Shown piece after piece: positions 32,039 through 42,074 of a stretch of 64,000 bases of DNA (its first letter is position 1; each line of letters begins with the position of its first letter). The position numbers and the translations under genes were made by a program. The stretch lies in contig CAWBXZ010000005.1 in NCBI GenBank assembly GCA_963792855.1, forward strand, positions 366,492 through 430,491, given 5' to 3'. The notes beneath the pieces were generated by a model, which had not been told where the DNA came from, ran no database searches, and saw nothing but the letters and a program-made list of their open reading frames with translations. Source of the stretch: an uncultured beta proteobacterium (lineage in GTDB: Bacteria > Pseudomonadota > Gammaproteobacteria > Burkholderiales > Eutrophovitaceae).

Positions 32039-32485
32039 ATGAGTCTCAGGACACAAATCAATGACGATATGAAGACGGCGATGCGCGCCAGGGAAGCTTC
32101 TCGTCTGTCGGCCATTCGATTGTTGCTTGCCGCCATCAAGCAGCGCGAAGTCGATGAGCGCAAGGAGCTTGACGACAATGACATCGTTGGCGTTGTCGAG
32201 AAAATGATCAAGCAGCGCCGTGAATCGATCAGCCAGTACGAAAAAGCCTCGCGTACCGACCTGGTCGAGGCAGAGAAGTTTGAGCTCGAGGTGCTGCAAG
32301 CTTACATGCCACAGCAACTCTCCGATGCCGAAATCGAAACCGCCGTCTCGGTCGCGCTGGCCGAATCGGGCGCACAGGGCATGCGCGACATGGGCAAGGT
32401 GATGGCGATTCTGAAGCCGCAACTGTCCGGGCGAGCGGACATGTCGGCGGTGTCGTCGATGGTCAAGTCCAGGCTGGACGCGTAA
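32039..32485 (+). CDS. GatB/YqeY domain-containing protein
   Basis: Begins MSLRTQINDDMKTAMRAREASRLSAIRLLLAAIKQREVDE. The ORF-track N-terminal extension (31931) contains the rpsU terminator and is therefore unlikely. Confidence 0.85.
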   Translation: MSLRTQINDDMKTAMRAREASRLSAIRLLLAAIKQREVDERKELDDNDIVGVVEKMIKQRRESISQYEKASRTDLVEAEKFELEVLQAYMPQQLSDAEIETAVSVALAESGAQGMRDMGKVMAILKPQLSGRADMSAVSSMVKSRLDA

Positions 32486-32693
32486 CGCTCGGCCGCTGAA
32501 GGTGGGCAGTGGCGGCCAGCGACCTGGTGCGCCCTATTCTGATCTGAATTCGCGGTCGCTGCCGGCTGTCAGGGCAATCTCGCCTATAATCGTCGCGTCG
32601 GTTCCGGTGAGTTAATCTGTTCATTCGGAACTGGCAATTCCGGTTTTCACCGCGCATGACAACCCTCTTCGAGGAACACCGGGCACGCAGAAG

Positions 32694-34466
32694 ATGATTC
32701 CGCAATCTTTCATCGAGGACCTTCTGGCACGGGTGGACGTGGTCGACGTGGTGGAATCCTATGTCCCGTTGAAGCGCTCGGGCTCCAATTTCTCGGCGCG
32801 TTGCCCGTTTCACAACGAAAAAACGCCGTCGTTCACCGTCAGCCAGAGCAAGCAGTTCTATCACTGTTTCGGCTGTGGCGCGCACGGCACTGCCATTTCG
32901 TTTCTGATGGAATATCAGGGCATGGGGTTTATCGATGCCGTCAAGGATCTGGCCGCGCGCGTCGGCATGACGGTGCCTGAACCCTCGACACCGAAAGAAA
33001 AGACTGCCGGCGCCGACGATGATCTCATCGGTGTCGTGGCGCGAGCAGCGCGTTTTTACAAACAGCAACTCAAGGAGTCGGAGAAGGCGATTGGCTACCT
33101 CAAGGGTCGTGGCCTGAGCGGCGAAATTGCCGCCCGCTACGGTCTCGGTTACGCGCCCGATAACTGGCAGGCGCTCGAAGCCGAGTTTGCTGACTATGCA
33201 AAATCCACTGCGCTCGCCAAGGCGGGGCTGGTGATTGACGGTAACGAAGGCCGTCGCTACGACCGCTTTCGCGATCGGGTGATGTTCCCGATACAGAATC
33301 AGCGCGGCAGCATCATCGGATTCGGCGGCCGGGTGATCGGCAAGGGCGAACCCAAATACCTGAATTCACCTGAAACACCCTTGTTTGAAAAGGGGCGGGA
33401 ACTCTATGGGCTGGTTCAGGCGCGAGCCGGAATCCGCCAATCCGGCGTGGTGGTGGTCGTCGAAGGCTACATGGACGTCGTCGCACTGGCTCAAGCCGGT
33501 GTGGAGTACGCGGTGGCAACACTGGGCACGGCGACAACGCCCTGGCAGGTGCAGAAGCTGCTCAAGCAGGCCGATCGGGTGGTGTTCTGTTTCGATGGCG
33601 ATGTCGCAGGCCAGCGCGCGGCCTGGCGGGCAATGGAAAACAGCCTCGCGCATTTGGTCGACGGCCGGCAGATCGGTTTTCTTTTTCTTCCCGAGGGCGA
33701 AGACCCGGACAGTTTCGTACGCTCTCGCGGCAAGGAAGCCTTCGAGGCCTTGCTTGCCGAAGCACAGCCGTTGTCCGAATACATGCTGCACGAACTCGGC
33801 TCGCGGGTGAACATGCGCAGTGCGGAAGGGCGGGCCAAGTTCCTTCAGGATGCGAAACCTTTGCTGGCCCAGATCAAGGCGCCGATGCTGTCGCTGGTAC
33901 TGCGCAAACAGATCGCCGGGCTCGCTGATGTTTCGCAAGCGGAACTCGATGCACGCTATGGCATCAAAACACCGGTAACGTCCAGGGTGCCGCGACGCCA
34001 GGTTGCAGAAAGGCCGTCACTGCTGCGCCACCTTGCCGAAATGCTGCTTGTTTCGCCGGGACTTGCACGCTTCGTCGATATCGAGCGTTTCCGTGCGTTT
34101 GCCGGCATCGCTGTCCCGGAATTCACGCAAAACGAGGTGGATCTGGTCGCCGAGTTGCTTGAGATGGGCGTGGAAAGCCCCCATGTACAAGTCGTTGTCG
34201 AGCGTTTCCGTGGCAAGCCTCTCGAGTCGATGGTGGGGCGCTTTCAGGCCAGCGGGTTGCTTGCCTGGGAAGGGCGTGAACCTGACGAGGATGCGCTCAA
34301 AAAGGACTTTTTAAGCGCCTGGCAATCGATGGAGCAGCGGCTCAGCAAGTCGCGCATTGATGCTTTGCTGGAGAAGAGCCGCAAAGGCAGTCTTTCCGAG
34401 GAAGACAAGGCGCTCTACAGAAGTCTGATGGGCAATGCGGCGGGCGATCATGCGTCACCCGGGTGA
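32694..34466 (+). CDS. dnaG: DNA primase
   Basis: Zinc-binding CPFHNEKTPSFTV..YHCFGCGAHG and TOPRIM VVVEGYMDVV ... FDGDVAGQRAA. Confidence 0.95.
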   Translation: MIPQSFIEDLLARVDVVDVVESYVPLKRSGSNFSARCPFHNEKTPSFTVSQSKQFYHCFGCGAHGTAISFLMEYQGMGFIDAVKDLAARVGMTVPEPSTPKEKTAGADDDLIGVVARAARFYKQQLKESEKAIGYLKGRGLSGEIAARYGLGYAPDNWQALEAEFADYAKSTALAKAGLVIDGNEGRRYDRFRDRVMFPIQNQRGSIIGFGGRVIGKGEPKYLNSPETPLFEKGRELYGLVQARAGIRQSGVVVVVEGYMDVVALAQAGVEYAVATLGTATTPWQVQKLLKQADRVVFCFDGDVAGQRAAWRAMENSLAHLVDGRQIGFLFLPEGEDPDSFVRSRGKEAFEALLAEAQPLSEYMLHELGSRVNMRSAEGRAKFLQDAKPLLAQIKAPMLSLVLRKQIAGLADVSQAELDARYGIKTPVTSRVPRRQVAERPSLLRHLAEMLLVSPGLARFVDIERFRAFAGIAVPEFTQNEVDLVAELLEMGVESPHVQVVVERFRGKPLESMVGRFQASGLLAWEGREPDEDALKKDFLSAWQSMEQRLSKSRIDALLEKSRKGSLSEEDKALYRSLMGNAAGDHASPG

Positions 34467-34584
34467 AGAAAGCCCGCGTACACGATATAATCCTCGGTTC
34501 TTTTACGCCGCGGAACGTGTCGCGGCAACTTCGCTATAAATTTCAGGCTTTTAGGTTTTTCAAATAATTAGGGGTCCCAAACAC

Positions 34585-36534
34585 ATGGCACGCGTGGCTC
34601 GGGAAAAGCGCAGGAAGAAGAAGGACGACAAGCAGGTTTCGGCCCAGCAGCCGCTGGATGCCGAAGCACGCCGCATGCGGCTCAAGACGCTGATCGTGCT
34701 CGGTAAGGAACGTGGCTACCTTACCTACGCAGAGATCAACGACCACCTGCCTGACGATATGCTCGACGCCGAGCAGATCGAGAACATCATCAGCATGATC
34801 AACGACATGGGTATCCAGGTCTATGACGAGGCCCCGGATAGCGAGTCCCTGCTGATGACCGAACCGGCTGCGCCGGTTGCCGATGAAGATGCGGCGGAAG
34901 AGGCCGAGCAGGCCCTGTCAACGGTAGATTCCGAATTTGGCCGCACAACCGACCCGGTTCGCATGTACATGCGTGAAATGGGCTCGGTCGAACTGCTCAC
35001 GCGCGAGGGCGAGATCGAGATCGCCAAGCGCATTGAGGACGGGCTCAAGCACATGGTGCAGGCAATTTCCGCCTGCCCCATGACGATCGCCGAAATCCTT
35101 GACCTGGCCGACAAGATCGAACGCGACGAAATGCGCGCGGACGAGGTCGTTGACGGTCTTATCGACCCGAACGCGCCGGAAGAAGACGAAGAGCCGGCTT
35201 CGCCGCAGCAGGTGGCCAGTGATCTCAGCGACGACAGCGACGAGGACAACGAAGACGACGACGAAGACGAAGAGCCGACCGAAGAGCAGCAGGCCGCAAT
35301 TCAGCGCGCCAATCTGCTGCAACTCAAGATGGAATCGCTCGAGCGCTTCGCCCGCATCCGTTCGCTCAACACCAAAATGCTCAAGGCGCTCTCGCGCAGC
35401 GGCACCGGCAGCCGCGCTTACCAGAAAGCGCAGCAGGAAATTTCCGATGAGCTGATGCTGATCCGTTTTGGCGCCAAGCAGATCGAGTTTCTATGTGACA
35501 GCGTGCGACAGGTCGTCGAGGAAGTGCGCACCTACGAGCGGGCGATCATGGACCTGGCGATGGATACGTCGGGCATGCCGCGCGCGCACTTCATCAAGAC
35601 GTTCCCGGGCTCCGAGGTTGACCTCGAATGGGTTGAGCGCGAACTTGAAGTGCGAAAGCCGTACACGGAAGTGTTGGCGCGATATGCCCCCGACATTACC
35701 GAGTTCCAGCGCAAGCTGCTAGACGTTCAGGAACGGGTCGGCATTCCGCTCAAGGAACTCAAGGAAATCAACCGGCGCATGTCAACCGGCGAGGCCAAGG
35801 CGCGCCGCGCCAAGCGCGAGATGACCGAGGCCAACTTGCGGCTGGTAATCTCGATTGCCAAGAAGTACACCAATCGTGGTTTGCAGTTCCTCGACCTGAT
35901 TCAGGAAGGCAACATTGGTCTGATGAAAGCGGTCGACAAGTTCGAGTATCGCCGCGGCTACAAATTTTCCACCTATGCGACGTGGTGGATTCGCCAGGCC
36001 ATTACGCGGTCGATTGCCGATCAGGCCCGCACCATTCGTATTCCGGTGCACATGATCGAGACCATCAACAAGATGAACCGTATTTCGCGGCAAATTCTGC
36101 AGGAAACCGGTCTGGAGCCGGATCCGGCGACCCTGGCCGAGAAAATGGAAATGCCCGAGGAGAAGATCCGCAAGATCCTGAAAATCTCCAAAGAGCCTAT
36201 TTCCATGGAAACGCCCATCGGTGACGACGATGACTCGCATCTCGGTGATTTCATCGAGGATACCTCGACCATGGTGCCGGTCGAAGCGGCGATTTACACC
36301 AGCCTGCAGGACGCCACCAAGGAAGTGCTGGATACGCTGACTTCGCGCGAAGCCAAAGTGCTGCGCATGCGTTTCGGCATCGAGATGTCTACCGACCATA
36401 CGCTCGAGGAAGTCGGCAAGCAGTTCGACGTGACGCGCGAGCGCATTCGCCAGATAGAAGCCAAGGCACTGCGCAAGCTGCGCCACCCGTCGCGCTCTGA
36501 ACGGCTCAAGAGCTTCATGGGCAACGAAGGTTGA
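34585..36534 (+). CDS. rpoD: RNA polymerase sigma factor RpoD (sigma-70)
   Basis: 649 aa with an acidic region 1, region 2 [38 protein letters not shown] and a region 4 HTH. Confidence 0.98.
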   Translation: MARVAREKRRKKKDDKQVSAQQPLDAEARRMRLKTLIVLGKERGYLTYAEINDHLPDDMLDAEQIENIISMINDMGIQVYDEAPDSESLLMTEPAAPVADEDAAEEAEQALSTVDSEFGRTTDPVRMYMREMGSVELLTREGEIEIAKRIEDGLKHMVQAISACPMTIAEILDLADKIERDEMRADEVVDGLIDPNAPEEDEEPASPQQVASDLSDDSDEDNEDDDEDEEPTEEQQAAIQRANLLQLKMESLERFARIRSLNTKMLKALSRSGTGSRAYQKAQQEISDELMLIRFGAKQIEFLCDSVRQVVEEVRTYERAIMDLAMDTSGMPRAHFIKTFPGSEVDLEWVERELEVRKPYTEVLARYAPDITEFQRKLLDVQERVGIPLKELKEINRRMSTGEAKARRAKREMTEANLRLVISIAKKYTNRGLQFLDLIQEGNIGLMKAVDKFEYRRGYKFSTYATWWIRQAITRSIADQARTIRIPVHMIETINKMNRISRQILQETGLEPDPATLAEKMEMPEEKIRKILKISKEPISMETPIGDDDDSHLGDFIEDTSTMVPVEAAIYTSLQDATKEVLDTLTSREAKVLRMRFGIEMSTDHTLEEVGKQFDVTRERIRQIEAKALRKLRHPSRSERLKSFMGNEG

Positions 36535-36554
36535 TCTGAAGTGTGTTAAAAGAA

Positions 36555-36583
36555 AGCCGGCCGGATTCCCGGCCGGCTTTTTC
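36555..36583 (+). terminator. rho-independent terminator after rpoD
   Basis: AGCCGGCCGG-attc-CCGGCCGGCT followed by TTTT. Confidence 0.75.
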
Positions 36584-36597
36584 GTTGTGCCGACGGT

Positions 36598-36674
36598 GGG
36601 CCTGTAGCTCAGTTGGTTAGAGCAGAGGACTCATAATCCTTTGGTCCTGGGTTCGAGTCCCAGCGGGCCCACCA
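36598..36674 (+). tRNA. tRNA with anticodon CAU; probably tRNA-Ile2 (lysidine-modified), alternatively elongator tRNA-Met
   Basis: 77-nt cloverleaf folded by hand. Acceptor GGGCCUG/CGGGCCC, D arm GCUC/GAGC, anticodon stem GAGGA/UCCUU, loop CUCAUAA, T arm CUGGG-UUCGAGU-CCCAG and an encoded CCA. C4-G69 and C5-G68 plus G27-U43 resemble E. coli ileX. It lies downstream of rpoD, as ileX does in E. coli. Confidence 0.9.
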
Positions 36675-36999
36675 AGCATCCGTCTTCCTGCATGCGGTCG
36701 CGTGGTTGCTCACCCCGCGAGCGCTAAACAGCAAAATCTTGCCGTCCTCAATGCCCCGGCAATCACGGGGGATGCAGTCGCGCCCCCACTGCCGGCTGAG
36801 GGCCGGGACTTGCCGCAACCGTGCGTGCGTTGGCGCCAGGAGGGCGATCTGCCGACCCCATGCAACAGGGCCGGCTCAGTCGACCGCTGGTCCCAGCCAT
36901 GGGGACGGCGTTGCGCGGCCCTTGTCTGGCGTATTGAGTGTAAATATTCCCGGTGCTAGTATTTCCAGACCTAAGATCCAGAGTCAATAAAGGCCCTGC

Positions 37000-37602
37000 T
37001 TGAAACGTCGGAAGCTGCCGATAGCGCCGGGTGAAAGCCCAACATTTAACCTGAATGCCGGCGTTTCTTCTCCAGACATTGACCCTGCCCCCCCCGAGGA
37101 TTCGCCGAGGCTTGCTGGTCAGGTCGATTTGCGCGTGTTGAGCGCAATTCGCTGCATCATTCGAAGCTTCGAGCTGTATTCCAGGGAGTTGGCGACAAAG
37201 GTGCGTGTAACTTCGCCGCAGCTGGTTTGCCTTCTTGCTGTGGCGGAGAGAGGGAAAACGACCGCGACGATTATGGGGCGCGAGGTTTTTCTCAGTCCGA
37301 GCACAATCGTCGGAATCCTTGACAGGCTCGAAGCCAAGGGGTTGGTCAGGCGCGAGCGGGACGAAAATGACAGAAGGGTAGTTTCTGTCAGCCTGACTGA
37401 AAAGGGTAGCCGATTGGCCCGCAGTGCACCCTCGCCTCTTCAGGACACACTGACCGAGGCGCTACGCCTTCTTCCCGGTGAGGAACAAGTCAAGATCGCA
37501 GAGTCCCTCGAGCGGGTAGTCGCTTTGATGGGAACTGCGCGCATTGACGCAGCGAGTATGCCGGTGGCGGGCGTTTCCCCGGACACGGAGGCGCAAGAGT
37601 AA
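37000..37602 (+). CDS. MarR family transcriptional regulator
   Basis: TTG start. Winged-helix region SPSTIVGILDRLEAKGLVRRERDENDRRVVSVSLTEKG. Confidence 0.8.
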   Translation: MKRRKLPIAPGESPTFNLNAGVSSPDIDPAPPEDSPRLAGQVDLRVLSAIRCIIRSFELYSRELATKVRVTSPQLVCLLAVAERGKTTATIMGREVFLSPSTIVGILDRLEAKGLVRRERDENDRRVVSVSLTEKGSRLARSAPSPLQDTLTEALRLLPGEEQVKIAESLERVVALMGTARIDAASMPVAGVSPDTEAQE

Positions 37603-37711
37603 GAAACAGTTGTCGGCGTCTGGATGATTCGAGCCTGGACAATGACGGGCTGTTCTAGCGGTGCATCCGTGGCGCGACCCGACAAGAACTGTTTATTTGG
37701 AAACGTTCGAA

Positions 37712-38170
37712 CTACTCCGTCTGGACCAAGCCCCGCAAACGCTGTTTGTCGAGGTACTTGTCGAGACCGGATGCCGCAGTGAGAACCTCGGAATCGGAAA
37801 ACAGTTCTTCGCTCGCAACCTGTCCAAGGACATTAAAGCTGTCTCGTATGGAAGCGTGGCCTTCGAGCTTCAGAGCCCTCTCGGATTCTTCCTTGCACGA
37901 CTCGGTCAGAAGCCTCACAAACAACTCGGCCGAGTTCTTGTTCGCAGTATCCAGCTGATCTCTCGAAACGGAGGCAATGGACTTGACCGCTGGATGGAAT
38001 GAGGCGGCTGAGTACAGCCAGTTAACCAGCGCCAGTCGGTCCAGTCGCGAAGTGGAGTCGACCAGGCATTCGGACAAGTTGTTGGTATGGACCCCTGCGT
38101 ACGAGTTGGTCATGGAAACTTTGGTGGCGGCAACTGCGAAGAGAATCAGGGCAAATGTCGTGAATTTCAT
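37712..38170 (-). CDS. secreted hypothetical protein (152 aa, predicted helical, 2 Cys)
   Basis: ATG at 38170 preceded by the RBS AGGAGG. Signal peptide MKFTTFALILFAVAATKVSM. I recognise no family. The region looks AT-richer than the flanks by eye. Confidence 0.55.
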   Translation of the reverse strand: MKFTTFALILFAVAATKVSMTNSYAGVHTNNLSECLVDSTSRLDRLALVNWLYSAASFHPAVKSIASVSRDQLDTANKNSAELFVRLLTESCKEESERALKLEGHASIRDSFNVLGQVASEELFSDSEVLTAASGLDKYLDKQRLRGLVQTE

Positions 38171-38536
38171 AACGCCTCCTGGGGCATCCCGGGTTAAGGA
38201 TCCTTGTGTTTGAGTTTTCCAGCCGTGCACGTTCAAAGATAAGCACACGTGACGTCAATGACAGCGGAGGCTTCCACAGAGAAATCGTGAAGAAGTGCCA
38301 CTCTGCCCATCAGCGCCGTTGCGTGAGAAGCATGTCATTGCGTCCGGCGTTTTCAGTGCTCTCCGGAAACAGGGGGAAGGAAGGTGCCAGCACTCCGTGC
38401 ATTAGAACCACTTGTTTCAGGGTGCCGGCCTGCCCGGCGCGTTGTTACGGGAACCGGTATTCCGGCGAATAGCCGTTTCTTTGAACTCGCGGAAGGACTT
38501 TCTGTCTGTAACGGGTCTTCCAGTTAGAGCAGACGC

Positions 38537-39205
38537 ATGTTGAATTCAGTGCGAACCTCATTCTTTGGGGTGTTGATCGGTCTTGGCGTACCGCTTGGCA
38601 TGACAAGCGGGGGAGCTAACGGCGCGCAGATAGAAGAAACCGGGCGCAATGCGTCTGGCGGCAACGGTATGTACGGGACCTATGTCGAAAAGCGCGTTCG
38701 CTATTTCAGCGATAGCCTGGGCATGGCATATCCGATTCAGATGGACGATCTGCTGCCGGAGTTGATGGATGCGATCGAGAACCTGTCCAATTACCGGGTT
38801 CCCGACACGTTGCCAAGGGTGTTTAGCGTTCCTCACGAGAAGATTGAAGAACTTGCCTGTGGCAGGAAATGCCCGGCACTGGGCGCGTACAAACCGGGGG
38901 ACGGAATCTATCTGGACGAGGCGCTGCGGCCAGAGACGAATGTCTTTGCGCGCTCTGTATTGCTTCACGAACTGGTTCACTACGTGCAGGATGTTTCGGC
39001 CGCGACGGACAATCACGAGTCTTGCGACCGCTGGTACCGGCGTGAGAAAGAAGCTTACGCGATTCAGGAGCATTTTCTGGCGCTCGTTGGCAGCGAGCAC
39101 CGTGTCTCTTACTCGACGCTGTTCGGATACTCGGCGCTACTGGAGTGTCAGGGCATTGCGGCCGACGAAGTGAAACGACACCCCGGTGAGCACGTCACGC
39201 CGTAA
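38537..39205 (+). CDS. secreted hypothetical protein with an HExxH motif (putative zinc metallopeptidase-like)
   Basis: N-terminal hydrophobic signal. Motif LLHELVHYVQD followed by a conserved-looking E (REKEAYAIQEHF). Confidence 0.6.
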   Translation: MLNSVRTSFFGVLIGLGVPLGMTSGGANGAQIEETGRNASGGNGMYGTYVEKRVRYFSDSLGMAYPIQMDDLLPELMDAIENLSNYRVPDTLPRVFSVPHEKIEELACGRKCPALGAYKPGDGIYLDEALRPETNVFARSVLLHELVHYVQDVSAATDNHESCDRWYRREKEAYAIQEHFLALVGSEHRVSYSTLFGYSALLECQGIAADEVKRHPGEHVTP

Positions 39206-39375
39206 TCCCTTCGGGCTCGATTCTCATTCCATCTCAGCGGGGATGAATTTGTATCCAATAAGTAACCGGGGTGTAAGCCAAAGGTAAGAGACGGTTCCCC
39301 ACCATGTCGGTATGCAGAAGCGGCAGTTGTTGATGGGCCGATTCTCTTTGCATCGCAACAATAGGGGGAGCTGTC

Positions 39376-39882
39376 ATGGTTGCACCAATCGGATGCTCAC
39401 GACCGGCGATCGTGCGTCAAGGTCGAGTGATACTTTCCGCGATACTGATCGCAGCGTTTTCCGCGGGATGTGGCGGTGGTGGCAGTGCGGAAAGCGGTTT
39501 TCGTCTCACGGTAGACGTTGTCAATCCGGGCGAGACCATGGTCGTGTGGTCGTCCTACCCGGAGTCCAATACCTACCAGGTCGTTCGCGATGGGCAACAG
39601 ATCATCAACGCCAAGGGAGATATTGCCTACACAGATCGCGGCTTGCTTGCAGGGGCTCGATATTGCTACGTCGTGCGGGCGCGCGGGCCGAGTGGAACGT
39701 TCGATGCGTCGAGTAACGAGGTTTGCGTGACTATGCCGAAATTCGGTAGCCGACAAACAGGGGCTGTCGGTGCGGTCAAAGGCGCGAGGATCGCGGAAGA
39801 TTTCATCGGGCTTGCGTATGTCAGCAATCCTGTTGATCCCGATGTGCTGGTTGCCCAAGCGCACGGCAGCCTGTGGGCATGA
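39376..39882 (+). CDS. lipoprotein with a fibronectin type III-like domain
   Basis: Lipobox AAFSAGC. FN3-like pattern (FRLTVDVV...TMVVWSS...YQVVRDG...YTDRGLLAGARYCYVVRA). Confidence 0.55.
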   Translation: MVAPIGCSRPAIVRQGRVILSAILIAAFSAGCGGGGSAESGFRLTVDVVNPGETMVVWSSYPESNTYQVVRDGQQIINAKGDIAYTDRGLLAGARYCYVVRARGPSGTFDASSNEVCVTMPKFGSRQTGAVGAVKGARIAEDFIGLAYVSNPVDPDVLVAQAHGSLWA

Positions 39883-40061
39883 GCCGTCATCGAAGAGAGG
39901 TCGATTCGTGAAGCAAAGATCGCGTCCGGCTCCGGTGATCCGTCGAATAATGATGTTGTGTTTCCAGTGCAGGCTCCAGCTTGGCTTTGCCCTTGCGGGA
40001 ACGGCAGTGCGCCAAAATGCCACTCGGCTAGAATGCGTTTGTCACAGGGGGTGATTTTCTA

Positions 40062-42074
40062 ATGAGCCAGCCTCGCGTTCTTTTTGCCAAGACGACGCGC
40101 CCAAGTGTGTCGGGTGTTTTGCCTCGCGAACGATTGTTCGGCGTTCTCGACAAAGCGCGGCAGAACCCTGTCATATGGGTGACCGGCCCGCCCGGATCGG
40201 GCAAGACGACACTCGCCGCAAGCTATCTCGAAGAGCGCAAGCTGGCCTCATTGTGGTACCAGCTGGACGAAACGGATGTCGACGTCGCTTCCTTTTTCTT
40301 TCACCTCGAAGCGGCGGCAAAGGCGCGGGCCACGCGCAAGCCGGTGCGCTTGCCGCAATTTACGACGCAGCACTTGTCCAGCCTTGCCGTGTTTACGCGC
40401 CGCTATTTCCAGGCGTTGTACCAGCAACTCGGCAAGTCCTTCGCAATCGTGCTCGACGGCTATCACGAGATTGCACCGCAGTCACCACTGCATGACGTCA
40501 TTTCGACCGCGCTTACAGAAGTGCCGCCGGGAGGGTCGATCATTATCATCAGCCGCACCGATCCGCCGGCGTCCATGGTGCGATTGCGTGCCAACCGGAT
40601 TCTTGAAGTCATTGGCTGGCAGGAACTGAAACTGACATCGGAAGAATCCAACGCGATTGTTGCGCAGCGCGGACTTGAATTTGATGCCGAGCGTTTGAGA
40701 GACCTCAACGAGAAAACAGAAGGCTGGGCAGCGGGCCTGATCCTCGTGCTCGAGCAGGCGACGGCTACTGCCTGGGCCGCTCCGGCAGACTTGTCGACGC
40801 CGCAACTGGTTTTTGATTACCTGGCCGGAGAAATTTTTGAGAAAACCGACGCAGCAACGCGTGAGGTTCTTCTTACCACCGCATTCCTGCCGCAAATGAC
40901 CGCAGATATGGCGAGAACCCTATCGGGTCAGCCTGATGCCGGAGAACGGCTGGACCATCTGTTTCGAAATAATTATTTCGTCACGCTGAAGCAGGCGGCT
41001 CCGCACTCCATCTACGAGTATCACCCGATGATGCGTGAGTTCGTGGCGTCCCGGGCAAATGCATTGCTGCCCAAGGGAAGACGCCAGGCGTTGCGCCGCA
41101 CTGCGGCGGATCTGCTCGAATCGGAGGGGCTGGTTGCAGAAGCCGTTGGATTGGCACGCTCCGGTGGTGACCACGAACGTATCAAGGACATCATTCGTCA
41201 CCATGCGCGGGAAATGCTTGACTCGGGGCGCAGCGAGACCCTGGTGCAATGGGTCGAATCACTCCCAAAGCCGTTTCAGGATCAGAATCCGTGGACCATC
41301 TACTGGATGGCCGTGGCGCGCACGGAGTCATCTCCCCGCGAAAGCCGCCGGTTGCACGAGCGGGCCTTCGAGCTATTCGGCCGCCAGGTTGAGCCCGATT
41401 TGCGTGGCCTGCTGCTCACGTGTTCCGGAGCCATGGACGCGATCATGTATGAACTGGATGATTTTTCTCTCGTGGACCGCTGGATCGATGTGATGGATCG
41501 CCTCCTGCGCGATCATCCCGGCATCGTGTCCGGACCGGTAGAGTCGCGCATCGTATGCAGCCTTTTCACGTCACTGGTCATGCGGCAGCCGCATAACCCC
41601 AAGATCGAATACTGGGCGGAACGTGCCTACCGCACATCCATTGCACAGTCGGACATCAATGTGCGTGTTTCGGTCGAGACGCGTATTGCGCTGGGAGTGG
41701 CTTATGGCGGCCATTTCCCCAAGGCGTGGTCGATCATCGAGGGTGTGCGAAACCTGATAATGAAACACGAGGTGACGTCCTTCGCGCGCACATCGCTAAA
41801 AGCAGTGGAGGCGACCTACTTCATGCTGAGCGCACAGGGCGAAGCCTGTTATGCCGCAGTGCGCGAAGGGCTTGAGATCGAACGCACTGAGGGCGTCAAC
41901 ATTCTTTCACGCCAACTGCTTGCCTATGGCGCCGGTGGTGCACTGTTTTCCGGTGATCTTGACAAGGCAGCGGAGTTTCTCGAGCGAAATCGAAGCGTTG
42001 CCGGGTATACCCGCCCGTTTCGATCTTTGTCTGCAGCATCTGTTCTCGACATGGCTTGCGATGCTCCGGCATGA
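40062..42074 (+). CDS. MalT-like STAND NTPase + helical/TPR repeats (N-terminal part of a frameshifted large regulator)
   Basis: Has KTTRPSVSGVLPRERLF...VIWVTGPPGSGKTTLAASYL (Walker A), FAIVLDGYHE (Walker B) and TEGWAAGLIL. The last roughly 30 aa look like out-of-frame junk. Confidence 0.75.
   Translation: MSQPRVLFAKTTRPSVSGVLPRERLFGVLDKARQNPVIWVTGPPGSGKTTLAASYLEERKLASLWYQLDETDVDVASFFFHLEAAAKARATRKPVRLPQFTTQHLSSLAVFTRRYFQALYQQLGKSFAIVLDGYHEIAPQSPLHDVISTALTEVPPGGSIIIISRTDPPASMVRLRANRILEVIGWQELKLTSEESNAIVAQRGLEFDAERLRDLNEKTEGWAAGLILVLEQATATAWAAPADLSTPQLVFDYLAGEIFEKTDAATREVLLTTAFLPQMTADMARTLSGQPDAGERLDHLFRNNYFVTLKQAAPHSIYEYHPMMREFVASRANALLPKGRRQALRRTAADLLESEGLVAEAVGLARSGGDHERIKDIIRHHAREMLDSGRSETLVQWVESLPKPFQDQNPWTIYWMAVARTESSPRESRRLHERAFELFGRQVEPDLRGLLLTCSGAMDAIMYELDDFSLVDRWIDVMDRLLRDHPGIVSGPVESRIVCSLFTSLVMRQPHNPKIEYWAERAYRTSIAQSDINVRVSVETRIALGVAYGGHFPKAWSIIEGVRNLIMKHEVTSFARTSLKAVEATYFMLSAQGEACYAAVREGLEIERTEGVNILSRQLLAYGAGGALFSGDLDKAAEFLERNRSVAGYTRPFRSLSAASVLDMACDAPA

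Noticed and set aside
36598-37000. Integrase/att-bounded genomic island at the tRNA
   Set aside because: No integrase or recombinase ORF is present, and I could find no direct repeat of the tRNA 3' end anywhere in the window. It is therefore reported only as an accessory-looking region, not as a mobile element.
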